Source: Thermodesulfobacteriota bacterium | GTDB lineage: Bacteria; Desulfobacterota_D; UBA1144; Nemesobacterales; JAJCZQ01 | Assembly (NCBI GenBank): GCA_965215275.1 | Contig: OZ244044.1 | Coordinates: forward strand, 608,001-672,000 | Reading direction: 5' to 3' | Length of the DNA stretch: 64,000 nucleotides | In this document: in pieces, positions 29,108 to 40,001 of the stretch | How positions within the stretch are numbered: the stretch's first letter is position 1 | Layout of the letters: each line of letters begins with the position of its first letter | The notes under the pieces: model-generated | Told to the model about the DNA's origin: nothing | Databases searched by the model: none | Seen by the model: the letters and a program-made list of their open reading frames with translations, nothing else | Program-made: the position numbers and the translations under genes

Positions 29108-30904
29108 GTGAAAGATAAATTATTGAAAATAAGAAAAAAACTCAATCTCAGTCAAGAAGAGCTTGCCACAAGGCTAGAAGTTTCTTTCGCTACAGTCAAC
29201 CGTTGGGAAAATAGCAAGACGACCATTAGAAAGAAGGCAAAAGAAAGAATAGAAGAACTTTACAGAAATGTTGCCTACATAGACGAGACTGTAGAAACAG
29301 ATATAAGTGCAAGAAGAAAAAAAAGAGGGGTTTCCAAAAGTTCAATTCTGAGCAATAAATCTATGGAGAAAATGCTATGGAATGCGGCTTGCTCCATAAG
29401 AGGCGAAAAAGATGCTCCTAAATTTAAAGATTATATTCTTCCACTTCTTTTTATCAAACGGCTTTCAGATGTATTTGATGATGAGGTTAAGCGAATTACT
29501 GAAGAGTTAGGTGATGAACAGACAGCCTTAAAAATGATTAGGGCAGATAGGTCTCTAGTTTGGTTTTACATTCCTCCAGAAGCACATTGGTCTGTTATCA
29601 GTGGAAAAGAAAAAATTAAATACCCTAAGGGTAAAAGACCTCATAGTTTAGGAGAGCAATTAACCTTAACAATGAGAGCTATTGTTAAAGAAAACCCACA
29701 GCATTCATTAGGTGGTGTGACAGACCTTGTGGATTACAATGCCACTCAACAAGGGGAAAGAAAAATCAGTGATAGAGTTTTAAGAAGAATTATAGATGCT
29801 TTTTCTGATTCAAGATACCGCTTGGGTTTAAAGGATATTGAACCTGATTCTTTAGGTCGATCTTATGAGTATCTTCTCAGAAAATTTGCTGAAGGCAGAG
29901 GCCAAACTGCTGGAGAGTTTTTTACTCCTCGTGAAGTCGGTTTTATTATAGCAAATATTCTAAATCCGAAAGGTGGAGAGACCGCCTATGACTATGCTTG
30001 TGGTTCTTTTGGTCTTTTAGTTAAACTCCAATTGGTATTAAGACAAAATAATCCTCTGAACAGACTTCCTTTAAAACTTTACGGACAGGAATTAAACAAG
30101 GACAACTTTATATTAGGGTGCATGAATAAAATTCTTCATGACATTGATGGAGAAATTAAACGAGGGGATTCCATGCAAAAACCTAGGTTTCGCGAAAAAG
30201 ATGGAACTCTTAAAACCTTTGACATAATTATAGCCAACCCTATATGGAATCAGCCTTTCGACCCCTCTATTTATGAAAACGATCCTTTTGAGCGATTTGA
30301 AAATCATGGTGGCTTTACTGCTGGTAAAGGAGACTGGGCTTGGCTTCAACATACTGCAGCTTCTCTTAATTCAAAAGGTCGTGCTGCAATTGTTTTAGAT
30401 ACAGGAGCCGTTACTCGTGGCAGTGGCAGTAAACACGATGATAAAGAAAAGATGATTCGAAAATGGTTTATAGAAAAGGATTTAATAGAAGGAGTTATTT
30501 TATTTCCTGAAAACCTTTTCTATAACACTTCAGCTGCCGGGATTATTGTTTTCTTAAATAAAAATAAGCCAAAAAATAAAAGGGATAAAATCATATTATT
30601 AAATGCCAGCAAAGAATTCTATAAGGGAAGACCAAAAAACCATATCTCAGAAGAAGGCATTGAGCGGATCGCAGAAGCTTTTATAAAAGGAGAAGATGAA
30701 GAAAAATTTGTGAAAGTCATCACGAAAAGAGAAGCAGAAAAAAATGATTACAACCTATCCCCCTCTCTATATATTAGTTTAGTGGATACAGAAACTTATA
30801 GAGAAATCCCTGAAGTGCTTGATGAACTTAAAAACTTAAGAAAAAAATCAAACAAGCTTGATAAAGAACTTAGTGAAGTGATGTTCTTGATAGAGCTTAA
30901 TTAA
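29108..30904 (+). CDS. hsdM: Type I restriction-modification methyltransferase fused to an N-terminal XRE HTH
   Basis: LSQEELATRLEVSFATVNRWEN; LWNAACSIRG, YEYLLRKFAE, GEFFTP, DYACGS, ANPIW, NLFYNTS. Confidence 0.9.
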   Translation: MKDKLLKIRKKLNLSQEELATRLEVSFATVNRWENSKTTIRKKAKERIEELYRNVAYIDETVETDISARRKKRGVSKSSILSNKSMEKMLWNAACSIRGEKDAPKFKDYILPLLFIKRLSDVFDDEVKRITEELGDEQTALKMIRADRSLVWFYIPPEAHWSVISGKEKIKYPKGKRPHSLGEQLTLTMRAIVKENPQHSLGGVTDLVDYNATQQGERKISDRVLRRIIDAFSDSRYRLGLKDIEPDSLGRSYEYLLRKFAEGRGQTAGEFFTPREVGFIIANILNPKGGETAYDYACGSFGLLVKLQLVLRQNNPLNRLPLKLYGQELNKDNFILGCMNKILHDIDGEIKRGDSMQKPRFREKDGTLKTFDIIIANPIWNQPFDPSIYENDPFERFENHGGFTAGKGDWAWLQHTAASLNSKGRAAIVLDTGAVTRGSGSKHDDKEKMIRKWFIEKDLIEGVILFPENLFYNTSAAGIIVFLNKNKPKNKRDKIILLNASKEFYKGRPKNHISEEGIERIAEAFIKGEDEEKFVKVITKREAEKNDYNLSPSLYISLVDTETYREIPEVLDELKNLRKKSNKLDKELSEVMFLIELN

Positions 30905-31164
30905 GAGAGAAACTTTATGAAAATAAACCAAAATCAGAAGAAAAAAGATAATCTTATTTTAAAACCGTAAAATTAGAAAGGTTGGCATAATTAAAGAAAT
31001 AATACTACTCTGTAATGTATGTTTTATGAACTTTGACAGACAGTATTGATCCAACAGATTATTATAAGGAAAATACGAAAAAGAGATAGGCAAAAGAGTG
31101 ATTTTCAAAAAAACTATTTGAGCAAAACAAAGCAATTAAATTCAAAAATAAAAGGAAATATAAT

Positions 31165-31827
31165 ATGGAACAAAAGAACAATCAAACCTCCCCCAATCAA
31201 AATTATACAGCACCTGAATATGATAAAAACAATTTCCATTGCCCCCACTGCAATGTTTACGCTCATCAAATCTGGCATTATGCCAGCCGTGCAGGGTACT
31301 CCTCATATTCTATTAAAAACATTAAATTTAGCTTCTGTAGTTGTTGCAACAAATACTCTATATGGGTGGATGAAAAAATGGTTTATCCTAACCTACCTAC
31401 AGTTCCACCTCCTGTTGCTGAAATGCCAAAAAATGTAAAAGAAACCTATAATCAAGCAAGAAGTATTATAAACCTCTCCCCAATTGGAGCTTGTGCTTTG
31501 TTAAGACTATCCATTCAATTACTTATTAAAGAACTCGGAGAGGATGAAACAAATTTAAGCAAGGCTATCGGTAACTTGGTCAAAAAAGGATTGCCAGAAA
31601 GAATTACACAAGCTTTAGATTCAGTAAGGGTCATTGGAAACAACGCAGTTCATTCAGGGAAAATAAATATTGAAGATAATTCAAAAATAGCTAGTTCTTT
31701 ATTTCAACTTGTAAATTTTATTACTGAAAAAACAATTGTAGAAAACAAACAGGTTGAAAGAATTTTTAACTATTTACCTGAAAATCAAAAACAAGCAATA
31801 GAAAGAAGAGATAATAATAATAGTTAA
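31165..31827 (+). CDS. DUF4145-like (HEPN-related) protein with N-terminal Cys pairs
   Basis: CPHC...CSCC; ACALLRL; LDSVRVIGNNAVH (R-X6-H). Confidence 0.75.
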   Translation: MEQKNNQTSPNQNYTAPEYDKNNFHCPHCNVYAHQIWHYASRAGYSSYSIKNIKFSFCSCCNKYSIWVDEKMVYPNLPTVPPPVAEMPKNVKETYNQARSIINLSPIGACALLRLSIQLLIKELGEDETNLSKAIGNLVKKGLPERITQALDSVRVIGNNAVHSGKINIEDNSKIASSLFQLVNFITEKTIVENKQVERIFNYLPENQKQAIERRDNNNS

Positions 31828-31838
31828 AGTCTAAAAAT

Positions 31839-33107
31839 ATGGAAAAAACCAAGCAAACAAAAATTGGAGAAATTCCTGAGAGTTGGAATCTTAAAACTCT
31901 AAAAGAAGGGGCTAATATTAGTTCAGGAAATTCCGCTCCTCAAGAAAATAGTTTTTTTATAAATGGGAAATTTCCTTTTTGCAGAACTTCAGACGTAGCT
32001 ATAGCCCATATATCAGATAATTTTTATGAAATAAAAGATTACTTAAATGAGGATGGTATAAAAGGTCTAAAGTTATATAAAAAGGGAACGATTTTAATGC
32101 CTAAAAATGGACTTTTAAATCATCGAGTTCTATTAAGTATAAATAGTTATGTCTCAAGTCATCTAGCAATAGTATGCTCATACCCAAAAAAGTTTAATAC
32201 AAAATTTTTATTTTATTTTCTATTAGGAATAGACTCTAAAAATCTTACAAGTACTCAAGATTATCCATCACTAAAATTAGAAGAAATAAAAAAAGTTAAA
32301 ATCCCCCACCCTCCTCTTTCTGAACAAAAGAAAATTGCAGCAGTACTTAATAAAATTAAACGAAATATCAAAATTAAAGACGAACTTATTAAAAAAACTC
32401 AGGAACTCAAAAGATCCACAATGAAATATCTTTTTACTTATGGAACAAAAGTAGAAAAAACCATACAAACAGAGATTGGAAAGATTCCTGAAAGCTGGGA
32501 TGTTAAAAGCTTTTCAGAGTTGTGTAGCTTTTCAACAGGGAAAAACCCGGCAAGAAATATGGAAATATATTGGGATAATGGAACTTTTCGATGGCTTACT
32601 ATATCTGATATGAAGCAAGGACAAACCATTTCAAAAACAAAGGAAAAAGTATCACAACAAGCTATAGTAGAATGCTTTAAGGGAAAATATGTAAAAAAAG
32701 GAACTTTATTGATGAGTTTAAAACCAACTATAGGTAGAACTTGTTTTGCAGGATGTGACCTTGTGCATAACGAAGATATAATTTCTATCAATCCCAAAAA
32801 AGAATTGAATAAAACTTTTATCAGCTATTATTTGCCTATATTAGATTATAAACAATATGAAGACCGTCAGATAAAGGGACACACTTTGAATAAGGCAAAA
32901 ATAAGTAAAATCCAAATCCCCCTACCCTCTCTTCCTGAACAAAAGAAAATTGCCTCAATCCTTTCAAAACTAGATGAAAGAATTAAAAACTATGAAGAAC
33001 AAAAAACAAATATTCAGACTCTTTTTAAGTCCATGCTCAGCAAACTTACAACAGGGCAAATTCGAGTCCATAATTTAGACATTGATACCTCGGAGGTTGA
33101 GCAATGA
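31839..33107 (+). CDS. hsdS: Type I R-M specificity subunit
   Basis: Two TRDs with repeated IGEIPESW / IGKIPESW and PxLxEQKKIA conserved regions. Confidence 0.92.
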   Translation: MEKTKQTKIGEIPESWNLKTLKEGANISSGNSAPQENSFFINGKFPFCRTSDVAIAHISDNFYEIKDYLNEDGIKGLKLYKKGTILMPKNGLLNHRVLLSINSYVSSHLAIVCSYPKKFNTKFLFYFLLGIDSKNLTSTQDYPSLKLEEIKKVKIPHPPLSEQKKIAAVLNKIKRNIKIKDELIKKTQELKRSTMKYLFTYGTKVEKTIQTEIGKIPESWDVKSFSELCSFSTGKNPARNMEIYWDNGTFRWLTISDMKQGQTISKTKEKVSQQAIVECFKGKYVKKGTLLMSLKPTIGRTCFAGCDLVHNEDIISINPKKELNKTFISYYLPILDYKQYEDRQIKGHTLNKAKISKIQIPLPSLPEQKKIASILSKLDERIKNYEEQKTNIQTLFKSMLSKLTTGQIRVHNLDIDTSEVEQ

Positions 33108-33350
33108 AAAAAATGACCAAACAAATTTATTCAGTAGTCAAATTACTATATATACCTAAAGGACAAAAAAGGGAATTCAGGTTAAATTAGATAAAGAGAC
33201 GATCTGGCTATCACTAAATCAGATGGTTCTAAAAAATTTTACGATAATGCTTTAATCTCTCTAACTCTCCTTATAGCTGAAAGCAACCCTCAAGATAAAG
33301 ACCTTGTCATTAGTCTCATTGCAAATTTAATAAATAAAAGAAATAAATAG
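33104..33350 (+). pseudogene. Remnant of a RhuM/Fic-DOC-like gene (N- and C-terminal pieces joined)
   Basis: Fragments in different frames: VKLDKETIWLSLNQM and YDNALISLTLLIAESNPQDKDLVISLIANL. Confidence 0.6.
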
Positions 33351-33612
33351 TGAATAGACTTACAAAGAAAAGAAAATCCGTTCAGAATCTTTTTTGAAAT
33401 ATAATTAAAAAGCTGGGTGGAAATATATTCCCCGAGAAAAAGCTCTTTCTTATTGATGTATGAAGTAAGACAAGTTTTTTATGACATTTTAGAAAGAAAT
33501 CTTATAAGACTTAATGAAAGTTTTTTTAAGTAAAGAAAAGGTTCAAGAAATTATTAAAAAATAAAAACTGTTTCTGATTCTCTTGAGGGAAATAAACAAA
33601 TTTCAACCTCTA
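33350..33612 (+). pseudogene. Degraded 5' fragment of the type I restriction subunit HsdR
   Basis: Fragments SVQNSF, KAGWKYIPREKAL, FYDILERNLIRLN with stops and frameshifts; expected position after hsdS; ends where the cassette flank begins. Confidence 0.55.
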
Positions 33613-33682
33613 TTTAAGAGAATACTCCTTCCATCCCGAAGATCATTATCATTGCAAGAAAGGAAAGAGAAAGACGTTACAC

Positions 33683-33712
33683 TTGACATTCGTTCATAAT
33701 ACCTGTTAAAGT
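33683..33712 (+). promoter_or_regulatory. Cassette promoter, copy D
   Basis: TTGACA-N18-TAAAGT in the conserved block. Confidence 0.65.
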
Positions 33713-33721
33713 AAAAGAGTT

Positions 33722-36700
33722 ATGAAACATTTCAAAACAAAAACACGTAATTCCATTACTCCCCCCCCCCCCGTGTATACATGACCTTTCAGTCTGGTAT
33801 AAGTATTTTTTAAGAACAATGTTTAAGATAATACCCCCCCCCATCTAAGTCATTACTAACATTAGTCTTATTTCTTCTGTGTATCATGGTCATAGCTGCA
33901 AAAGGACAGAGCAGTCTGGAAGAAACATTATCTGAATGCAGAGGTAACAGTGCAGAAACGGAAGATCCGTTATACGGATGTCAGTGGCATCTGAAGAACA
34001 CGGGGCAGTTTATTTATTCAGGAAAGGAAATAACAGCAGGAGAAGATATAAACATAGAGGGGGTGTGGAACGAAGACGTATACGGTACCGGAATTAACGT
34101 AGCAATAGTAAGTGACGGTATCGACCTTTCACATGAGGACCTTTCTGCAAACGTCCGTTCCGGACCGAACTATGATCTTTCTGGAAGAAACAGTTCTGAA
34201 GAGAACAGTTCTGAAAAAGATAATTCAGAAAGAGATGATCATTCTGACGGTTCATCCTTTACCGGAACACGAGCGGCAGGTGTTATTGCAGCGGCTGGAT
34301 ATAACGGACTGGGAGTAAGAGGAACAGCACCTGGTGCGAGTATATACAGTTACAGGTTATCCGATGATCTCAGGGAAGCGGACGCGGTGGTCCGTAATAA
34401 GGAAATAACCGCTGTATCGGTTAACGGCCTGGGATCTGAGGACGGAGCTTTTTTTCAGGAGGCTTCAACTTCCTGGGAAGAAGGAGTGGAACTTGGTATA
34501 AGTAAAGGGTTTTATGGTAAAGGTGTGTTTTACGTCCGGGGAGCAGGGGACGGGCATGAGAATAACGATCAGGCTAATTTTTCTGAATATTCTAATTACT
34601 ACGGGGTAACATCTGTGTGTTCAACAGACGGTTTTGGAAAAAAGAGTATTTTTTCAGAAGAGGGAGTAAATCTATGGGTATGTGCACCTGGTTCTGATAT
34701 TGTAACCACAGATAACAACAACGATTACGTTGTAACATCCGGAACATTTCTATCAGCTTCACAGGTTGGAGGAGTGGCAGCACTGCTGAGAGAGGTAAAT
34801 GGACAGCTGAGCTGGAGGGATATAAAGCTTATACTTGCGGGTTCAGCACGTCAGAACGATTTTTCTGATATGAGCTGGGAGACTGGAACTGTTAAATACG
34901 GCTCTGATACGGAAAGATATAATTATAATCCTAAGTATGGTTTTGGAGTGGTAGACGCAGAAGCGGCGGCAGAACTTGCAAAAAGCTGGAAAGGCGTTGG
35001 AGAAATGAGGACCGTTACCGCCTTTTCAGATAAAGAGATAACAATTCCTGATGGAGAAGGAAATGGAGAAGGAGAAGCAGACGGGGTACTTGTCTCCAGA
35101 CTTATAATACCGGACCTGGAGGAAATATTTACGGAATTCGTTGAGGTAGAACTTGTTTTTTCTCATGACCGCTTACAGGACCTTGATATAAAAATAACCT
35201 CTCCTTCCGGAACAGTATCTGAACTTGTAAGGGAGTTTTCAGGGGAGGAAGAAGACGCTGAGATCAGTTACCTGAGAAGAACACATCGTTTCGGGTCGGC
35301 AAAGCACCTCGGAGAAGACCCTTCCGGAGAATGGGTCCTTAAGATATCCGATACTGCTTCCGGAGATGAAGAAGATGGAGAAAATACTGTTACCTTACAC
35401 TCATGGAGCATTAAGGTATACGGGAATTTTTATCAGGGACCTGGCAGTGAGATAAGTGCTAAACATCATGATCTTAGTTTTGGTGGTGCAACGGTAGATG
35501 AGCAGGTGTATGTTGTACGCTCAATAGCAGGTCTTCCAGTAACTCTGCCTGAAGCAACGAGAGGTACTGCTCCATATACTTACAGTTTAACTCCTCGTTT
35601 ACCTTCTGGATTGAACTTTAACAGTAACGATCGGCAAATAAATGGATTACCTACCAGTGTAAAAAGTAAAACTGAGTATACATATAAAGTAACGGACAAT
35701 GATGGAGATATGGATAATCTGACGTTCGGAATTACTGTAGAAGCTAATACCGTACCAAGCTTTACTAGCGGTGAGATGATAGATAATCTGGTGTATACAG
35801 TTGGGGTTCAAATAACACCAGTAACTCTGCCAGAGGCAACGGGAGGGAATGGAGCATTAAGATATTTACTTTCTCTTTTACCTCTTGGATTGAATTTTGA
35901 TCCTGACACCCGAGTAATAAGTGGCACACCCACCCGTGCATCTATTAGGCATATGCTATATACAGTATTAGACATAGATGGAAGTAGTGCTCAATTAGAG
36001 TTCAGGATAAGAATAACAGTAGCAGAACCAAACACGGAACCAACCTTCGGCAGTGAAACGATAGATAATAAAGTGTATATAAACGGCATTACAGCAGTAA
36101 ATGAAACACTGCCAGAAGCAACGTCAGGGAATGCTCCATTAACTTACAGTTTAACTCCTGCCTTACCTGCCGGATTGGATTTTACCCCTGCTACACAAGT
36201 TATAAGCGGAACACCGACTACTGCAACGTCTGAGACTGATTACACGTATACAGTAACGGACGCAGATAATGATACAGATGAACTGGAGTTCAGTATTACA
36301 GTGGAAGAAGACAGCATGCCGGAGATAGACGGGAGTACAATACCAGCACAGATGGAGTACAGGGCAGGGGGAGCACCATTAAGGTTTCCTGAGGCAACGG
36401 GAGGTAATGCACCTGTTACTTACAGTATAACACCTGAACTGCCAGCTGGATTGAGATTTAACGAAGTAACGCGGGAAATAAGTGGGACACCCAGGAGTGC
36501 ATTAACTGGTACTTACATGTATACGGTAACGGACAGGAATGGAGATACGGACGAGGTGAGTTTCATGCTCAGTGTAATACCAGGAACGTCAGGTACTGAT
36601 GCAGGCGGAGGTGGAGGATGTGCGATCTCTGATCAGAGCAGCGTTGTCTCTGACCTGCTCGGAGCAGTGGTATGTCTGATGCTTATACCTGTGTCAGTAA

Positions 36701-36738
36701 TGATCAGAAGGAAGAGAAGAGCTCAGATAAAGACTTAG
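33722..36738 (+). CDS. Surface protein copy D: catalytically degenerate S8 domain, P-domain, 4 Ig-like repeats, GGGGC anchor; 5' end frameshifted (long ORF 33886..36738)
   Basis: QWHLKNTGQ, YGFGVVDA, FGSAKHLGEDP, repeats TLPEATGG..LPxGLxF..ISGTP..YTYTVTD, tail GGGGGCAISDQ..RRKRRAQIKT. Confidence 0.85.
33761..33842 (+). repeat. Two poly-C tracts in series (C12 at 33761-33772, C9 at 33834-33842), each followed by a premature stop
   Basis: ATG 33722...ACT C12 GTG TAT ACA TGA; ATG 33819 TTT AAG ATA ATA C9 ATC TAA. Confidence 0.8.
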
Positions 36739-36958
36739 TAATAAGGTCCTTTCCAAAACACTGAATGAATTAAAATCTCTCAGCCAGAAGAAAGGAATAA
36801 TAGTGGAAAGACTAAATATAGATTTATCGGCAGATGGGTACCTTGATGTATTGATGCTTGTTTTTTAATCTCGGACCAAAATATATAATGTCATAAAATA
36901 AAATTACCTCTTAAGTACCCGTCTTTAGTAAACATACTTGGCAGCTGCGAGACCAGCA

Positions 36959-38161
36959 TCAATTATTCTCAAACTTGATCTTCTTATCCTTTAAGGCTTT
37001 AACAGCACCGTTAATCCCTGAAAGGGTCATAGGAAACATCCTGTCCTCAAAAAACTCTCTCAACATCCCTATGCTCTCGGTCCATTTCCAATCCTCTAGG
37101 GGAACGGGGTTCAACCACACCGTATAAGGAAAATGTTCCTTGATCCTCTGCATCCATTGAAAACCAGGTTCCTCGTTGTGATGCTCAACGCTGCCGTTCG
37201 GATACATAAGCTCCCATGGCGACATTGAAGCATCCCCAACTACAATACATTTATAATCACCGTTGTATTTGTGAAGCACTTCAAACGTAGGTATCTGCTC
37301 CTGCCAGCGCCTTGCGTTATTTTTCCACAACCTTTCGTAAACGCAGTTATGAAAATAGTAAAATTCCAAGTGTTTAAACTCATATCTGGCAGCGGAAAAC
37401 ATCCTTGAGCAGAGTTCCACGTGATCGTCCATTGAACCACCTATATCAAAAAGCATTATCACTTTTACGTTGTTCTTTTTCTCCGGAACCATCTCAAGTT
37501 CAAGAAAACCTGCATTCTTAGAGGTCTTTTCAATTGTTCCTTCCAGATCGACCTCTTCCTTCTGTCCCTCTCGGGTCAGAACGCGAAGGCGGCGAAGTGC
37601 CATTTTCATATTCCTTGTTTGAAGTTCAACTGAATCATCAAGGTCTCTGAACTCCCTTTTATCCCAGACCTTTACAGCTCTCCTGTGCCTGCTTTCATTC
37701 TGCCCTATCCTTATCCCAGCTGGATTATACCCATAAGCACCGAACGGAGAAGTTCCACCCGTGCCAAGCCATCTGTCCCCACCCTGGTGTCTGCCTTTCT
37801 GTTTTTCCATGATCTCTCTCAAACGTTCCATAAGTTCGTCCAAGTTGCCCATTGATTTGATAAGTTCTTTCTCTTCATCGCTCAGCATATTTTCAAAATT
37901 TTTCCGCAACCAGTCTTCGGGGATTTTCATGAACTCCTCGTTACTTATAAGTTCGACCCCTTTGAAGTAATGCCCGAATAACTGGTCAAATCTGTCAATG
38001 TGCTGCTCGTGTTTGATCAACGCCGACCGACTGAGATAGTAAAAATCATCCACGCTGTGATCCACAACATTTTTATCAAGAGCCTCAAGAAGGGTTAAGT
38101 ACTCTTTGATCGTGACGGGTATTCCGTCGTTTTTTAGTAGCAGGAATAAATCTAAGAACAC
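36959..38161 (-). CDS. VWA-domain protein (CoxE-like partner of MoxR ATPase)
   Basis: GTGGTSPFG, FDIGGSMDDH (MIDAS), YYFHNC, VGDASMSP, WLNP. Confidence 0.88.
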   Translation of the reverse strand: MFLDLFLLLKNDGIPVTIKEYLTLLEALDKNVVDHSVDDFYYLSRSALIKHEQHIDRFDQLFGHYFKGVELISNEEFMKIPEDWLRKNFENMLSDEEKELIKSMGNLDELMERLREIMEKQKGRHQGGDRWLGTGGTSPFGAYGYNPAGIRIGQNESRHRRAVKVWDKREFRDLDDSVELQTRNMKMALRRLRVLTREGQKEEVDLEGTIEKTSKNAGFLELEMVPEKKNNVKVIMLFDIGGSMDDHVELCSRMFSAARYEFKHLEFYYFHNCVYERLWKNNARRWQEQIPTFEVLHKYNGDYKCIVVGDASMSPWELMYPNGSVEHHNEEPGFQWMQRIKEHFPYTVWLNPVPLEDWKWTESIGMLREFFEDRMFPMTLSGINGAVKALKDKKIKFENN

Positions 38162-39576
38162 TGTCTATACTCAAAATCAATTTGCAAAGTCTTCTTGATA
38201 AAATTAATAAATGTCTTCTCTTCTTCATCCGGGGCATATTTTCCTGCTATTACTATTTTCTTTTTTCTTGTGTCGTCTTCAAAGCTATAAATATAAGAAA
38301 GAAGCTGACCTAACCCTTCTTTTATACAACGTATTGGTCTGCCAAGTTTTACTTCGTAAAGTGTAACTTGCTTGTCATTTTCTACCTTAATATCAATATA
38401 GTTCGCTTCCATCTCCACCGTGTCTGTTTCACCTTTACTGTTATATAACTTCTCATATATCTTGTTCTGCAGTTTATTATGTTCTTGCTTTACTACGATA
38501 TCCTCGCCGCCTTTCCTTAATTGGTCTTGAACAGATTTAGATTGTAATTGAACTCTTGTTTGTCTTTTCACACCTTTTGTATACTTATCTGCTTGTACGG
38601 CAGGCCAATCATCACTTCTTTCCTCAAGATGTTTTTTAATAGTCAACTCATCATCAAAATCATTTATCGTTCTTTCCTTTGTTTTATCTTTCTCTTTTGT
38701 TGCTTCAGTTCGTGAAGGCTTTGTTGCTTGATAACTACTACCTTGTCCGGCAGCTTCAACTTCAGCCATTGTTACCAAACCGCCAAAGCGGGATTCCACA
38801 TACTTAACACCGAATTTACCGGAACCTGCAAGATCAGTAGCACACCGAATGCCCCACTCGTTTTTGTGATGACCTACGGGTCGTGTTGACCTTCGTATTT
38901 CACGGTTAAGCATAAATTCACTTATACTATGCCCGTTTTTTTCAAGAAGCTCGCGACCAATAGACTTTAACTCGTCAAGGGTGTTATCACTACTTTTAAG
39001 TAGTGGTGATAAATATTTTCTTAACAAAACATACTTGTTGAGATATCGGTCTGCTTCTTCTAATTCCTCCGGTATTAATATTTCTTTATCAGCCTGTTCT
39101 TGGACTGTTTTTTTCTTATTTTTTGGAATAGACCTCACATTGTCTTTAGTTTTTACATTAGTATTTTTTTGCAGTGCACGTTCGCTGAGAATTTTATATT
39201 TGTCAATGCCTCCGTTAGCTTTAGCTGCGGATTCCAATGTATGAAATTCCACTCCGTATTTTGCTTTATAATTCGCACAGCTAAAAGTGCCGTCTGCTTC
39301 GGAATAAAGAGCATTTACTCCCAAGATGTTTTTAGGATGATCCAAGGGACGAGTTGCTCTACTTATTGTTCTATAAACCGGATTTTCAAAATCCGTCGGT
39401 GGCTTAGAACCATAGCTAATGCCTCTTTCATCAAGAAATTTACACGCCTTCACGCTTATATCAGATTTTGTATGACCGCCTTCAACCAGCATTTTAGTAA
39501 TCAGTGGAATTAAACAGTTATATTTCCCCCACCCATAACCGTGCTGATTACTTACTTGTTTTGATACTTTATCCAT
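38152..39576 (-). CDS. Hypothetical protein with duplicated N-terminal domain and C-terminal PD-(D/E)XK nuclease-like domain
   Basis: Repeats RATRPLDHPKNILGV / RSTRPVGHHKNEWGI; C-terminal E..YIDI......LYEVK..GLGQLLSY. Confidence 0.65.
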   Translation of the reverse strand: MDKVSKQVSNQHGYGWGKYNCLIPLITKMLVEGGHTKSDISVKACKFLDERGISYGSKPPTDFENPVYRTISRATRPLDHPKNILGVNALYSEADGTFSCANYKAKYGVEFHTLESAAKANGGIDKYKILSERALQKNTNVKTKDNVRSIPKNKKKTVQEQADKEILIPEELEEADRYLNKYVLLRKYLSPLLKSSDNTLDELKSIGRELLEKNGHSISEFMLNREIRRSTRPVGHHKNEWGIRCATDLAGSGKFGVKYVESRFGGLVTMAEVEAAGQGSSYQATKPSRTEATKEKDKTKERTINDFDDELTIKKHLEERSDDWPAVQADKYTKGVKRQTRVQLQSKSVQDQLRKGGEDIVVKQEHNKLQNKIYEKLYNSKGETDTVEMEANYIDIKVENDKQVTLYEVKLGRPIRCIKEGLGQLLSYIYSFEDDTRKKKIVIAGKYAPDEEEKTFINFIKKTLQIDFEYRQCS

Positions 39577-39686
39577 AGTTTATGCACCTATTGTTTGTAT
39601 TTTTGCCATAAAGACAGTGTATTGCAGTTACTGCAAGTCTCGGTTTAATCCACCGAACTTGATTATCATAATAAATTGTTTTCTCG

Positions 39687-40001
39687 TCACTTTTTAACAC
39701 TTCTATAATAAAACACCTTACCAACATTCTCTATATGCTCTAAAAGAGGCTTATACTGAATTGATTCACACCCTATAACGTCAAACTTATAAGGAAGCGG
39801 TAACTCATCAAGGGCAGTTCTAACTCTTTCTATTTCCAGACTATCTTTAATTCCATACACTGCAAAATCAATGTCGGAATTGTGCTTGAATTTACCATTC
39901 GCACGTGAACCAAAAATAACTACTTTTTCAATGCGGTCGTCGGACAAAAAAACTCCGCTAATAAGGTCTTGCTCCCTTTCGTTAAGTCCGGTATTAATCA
40001 T
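39687..40001 (-). CDS. Minimal nucleotidyltransferase (MNT antitoxin-like)
   Basis: IFGSRANG...SDIDF...KFDV. Confidence 0.88.
   Translation of the reverse strand: MINTGLNEREQDLISGVFLSDDRIEKVVIFGSRANGKFKHNSDIDFAVYGIKDSLEIERVRTALDELPLPYKFDVIGCESIQYKPLLEHIENVGKVFYYRSVKK

Noticed and set aside
31046..31438. 130-aa ORF overlapping the DUF4145-like gene
   Set aside because: Alternative-frame overlap with no recognisable motif.
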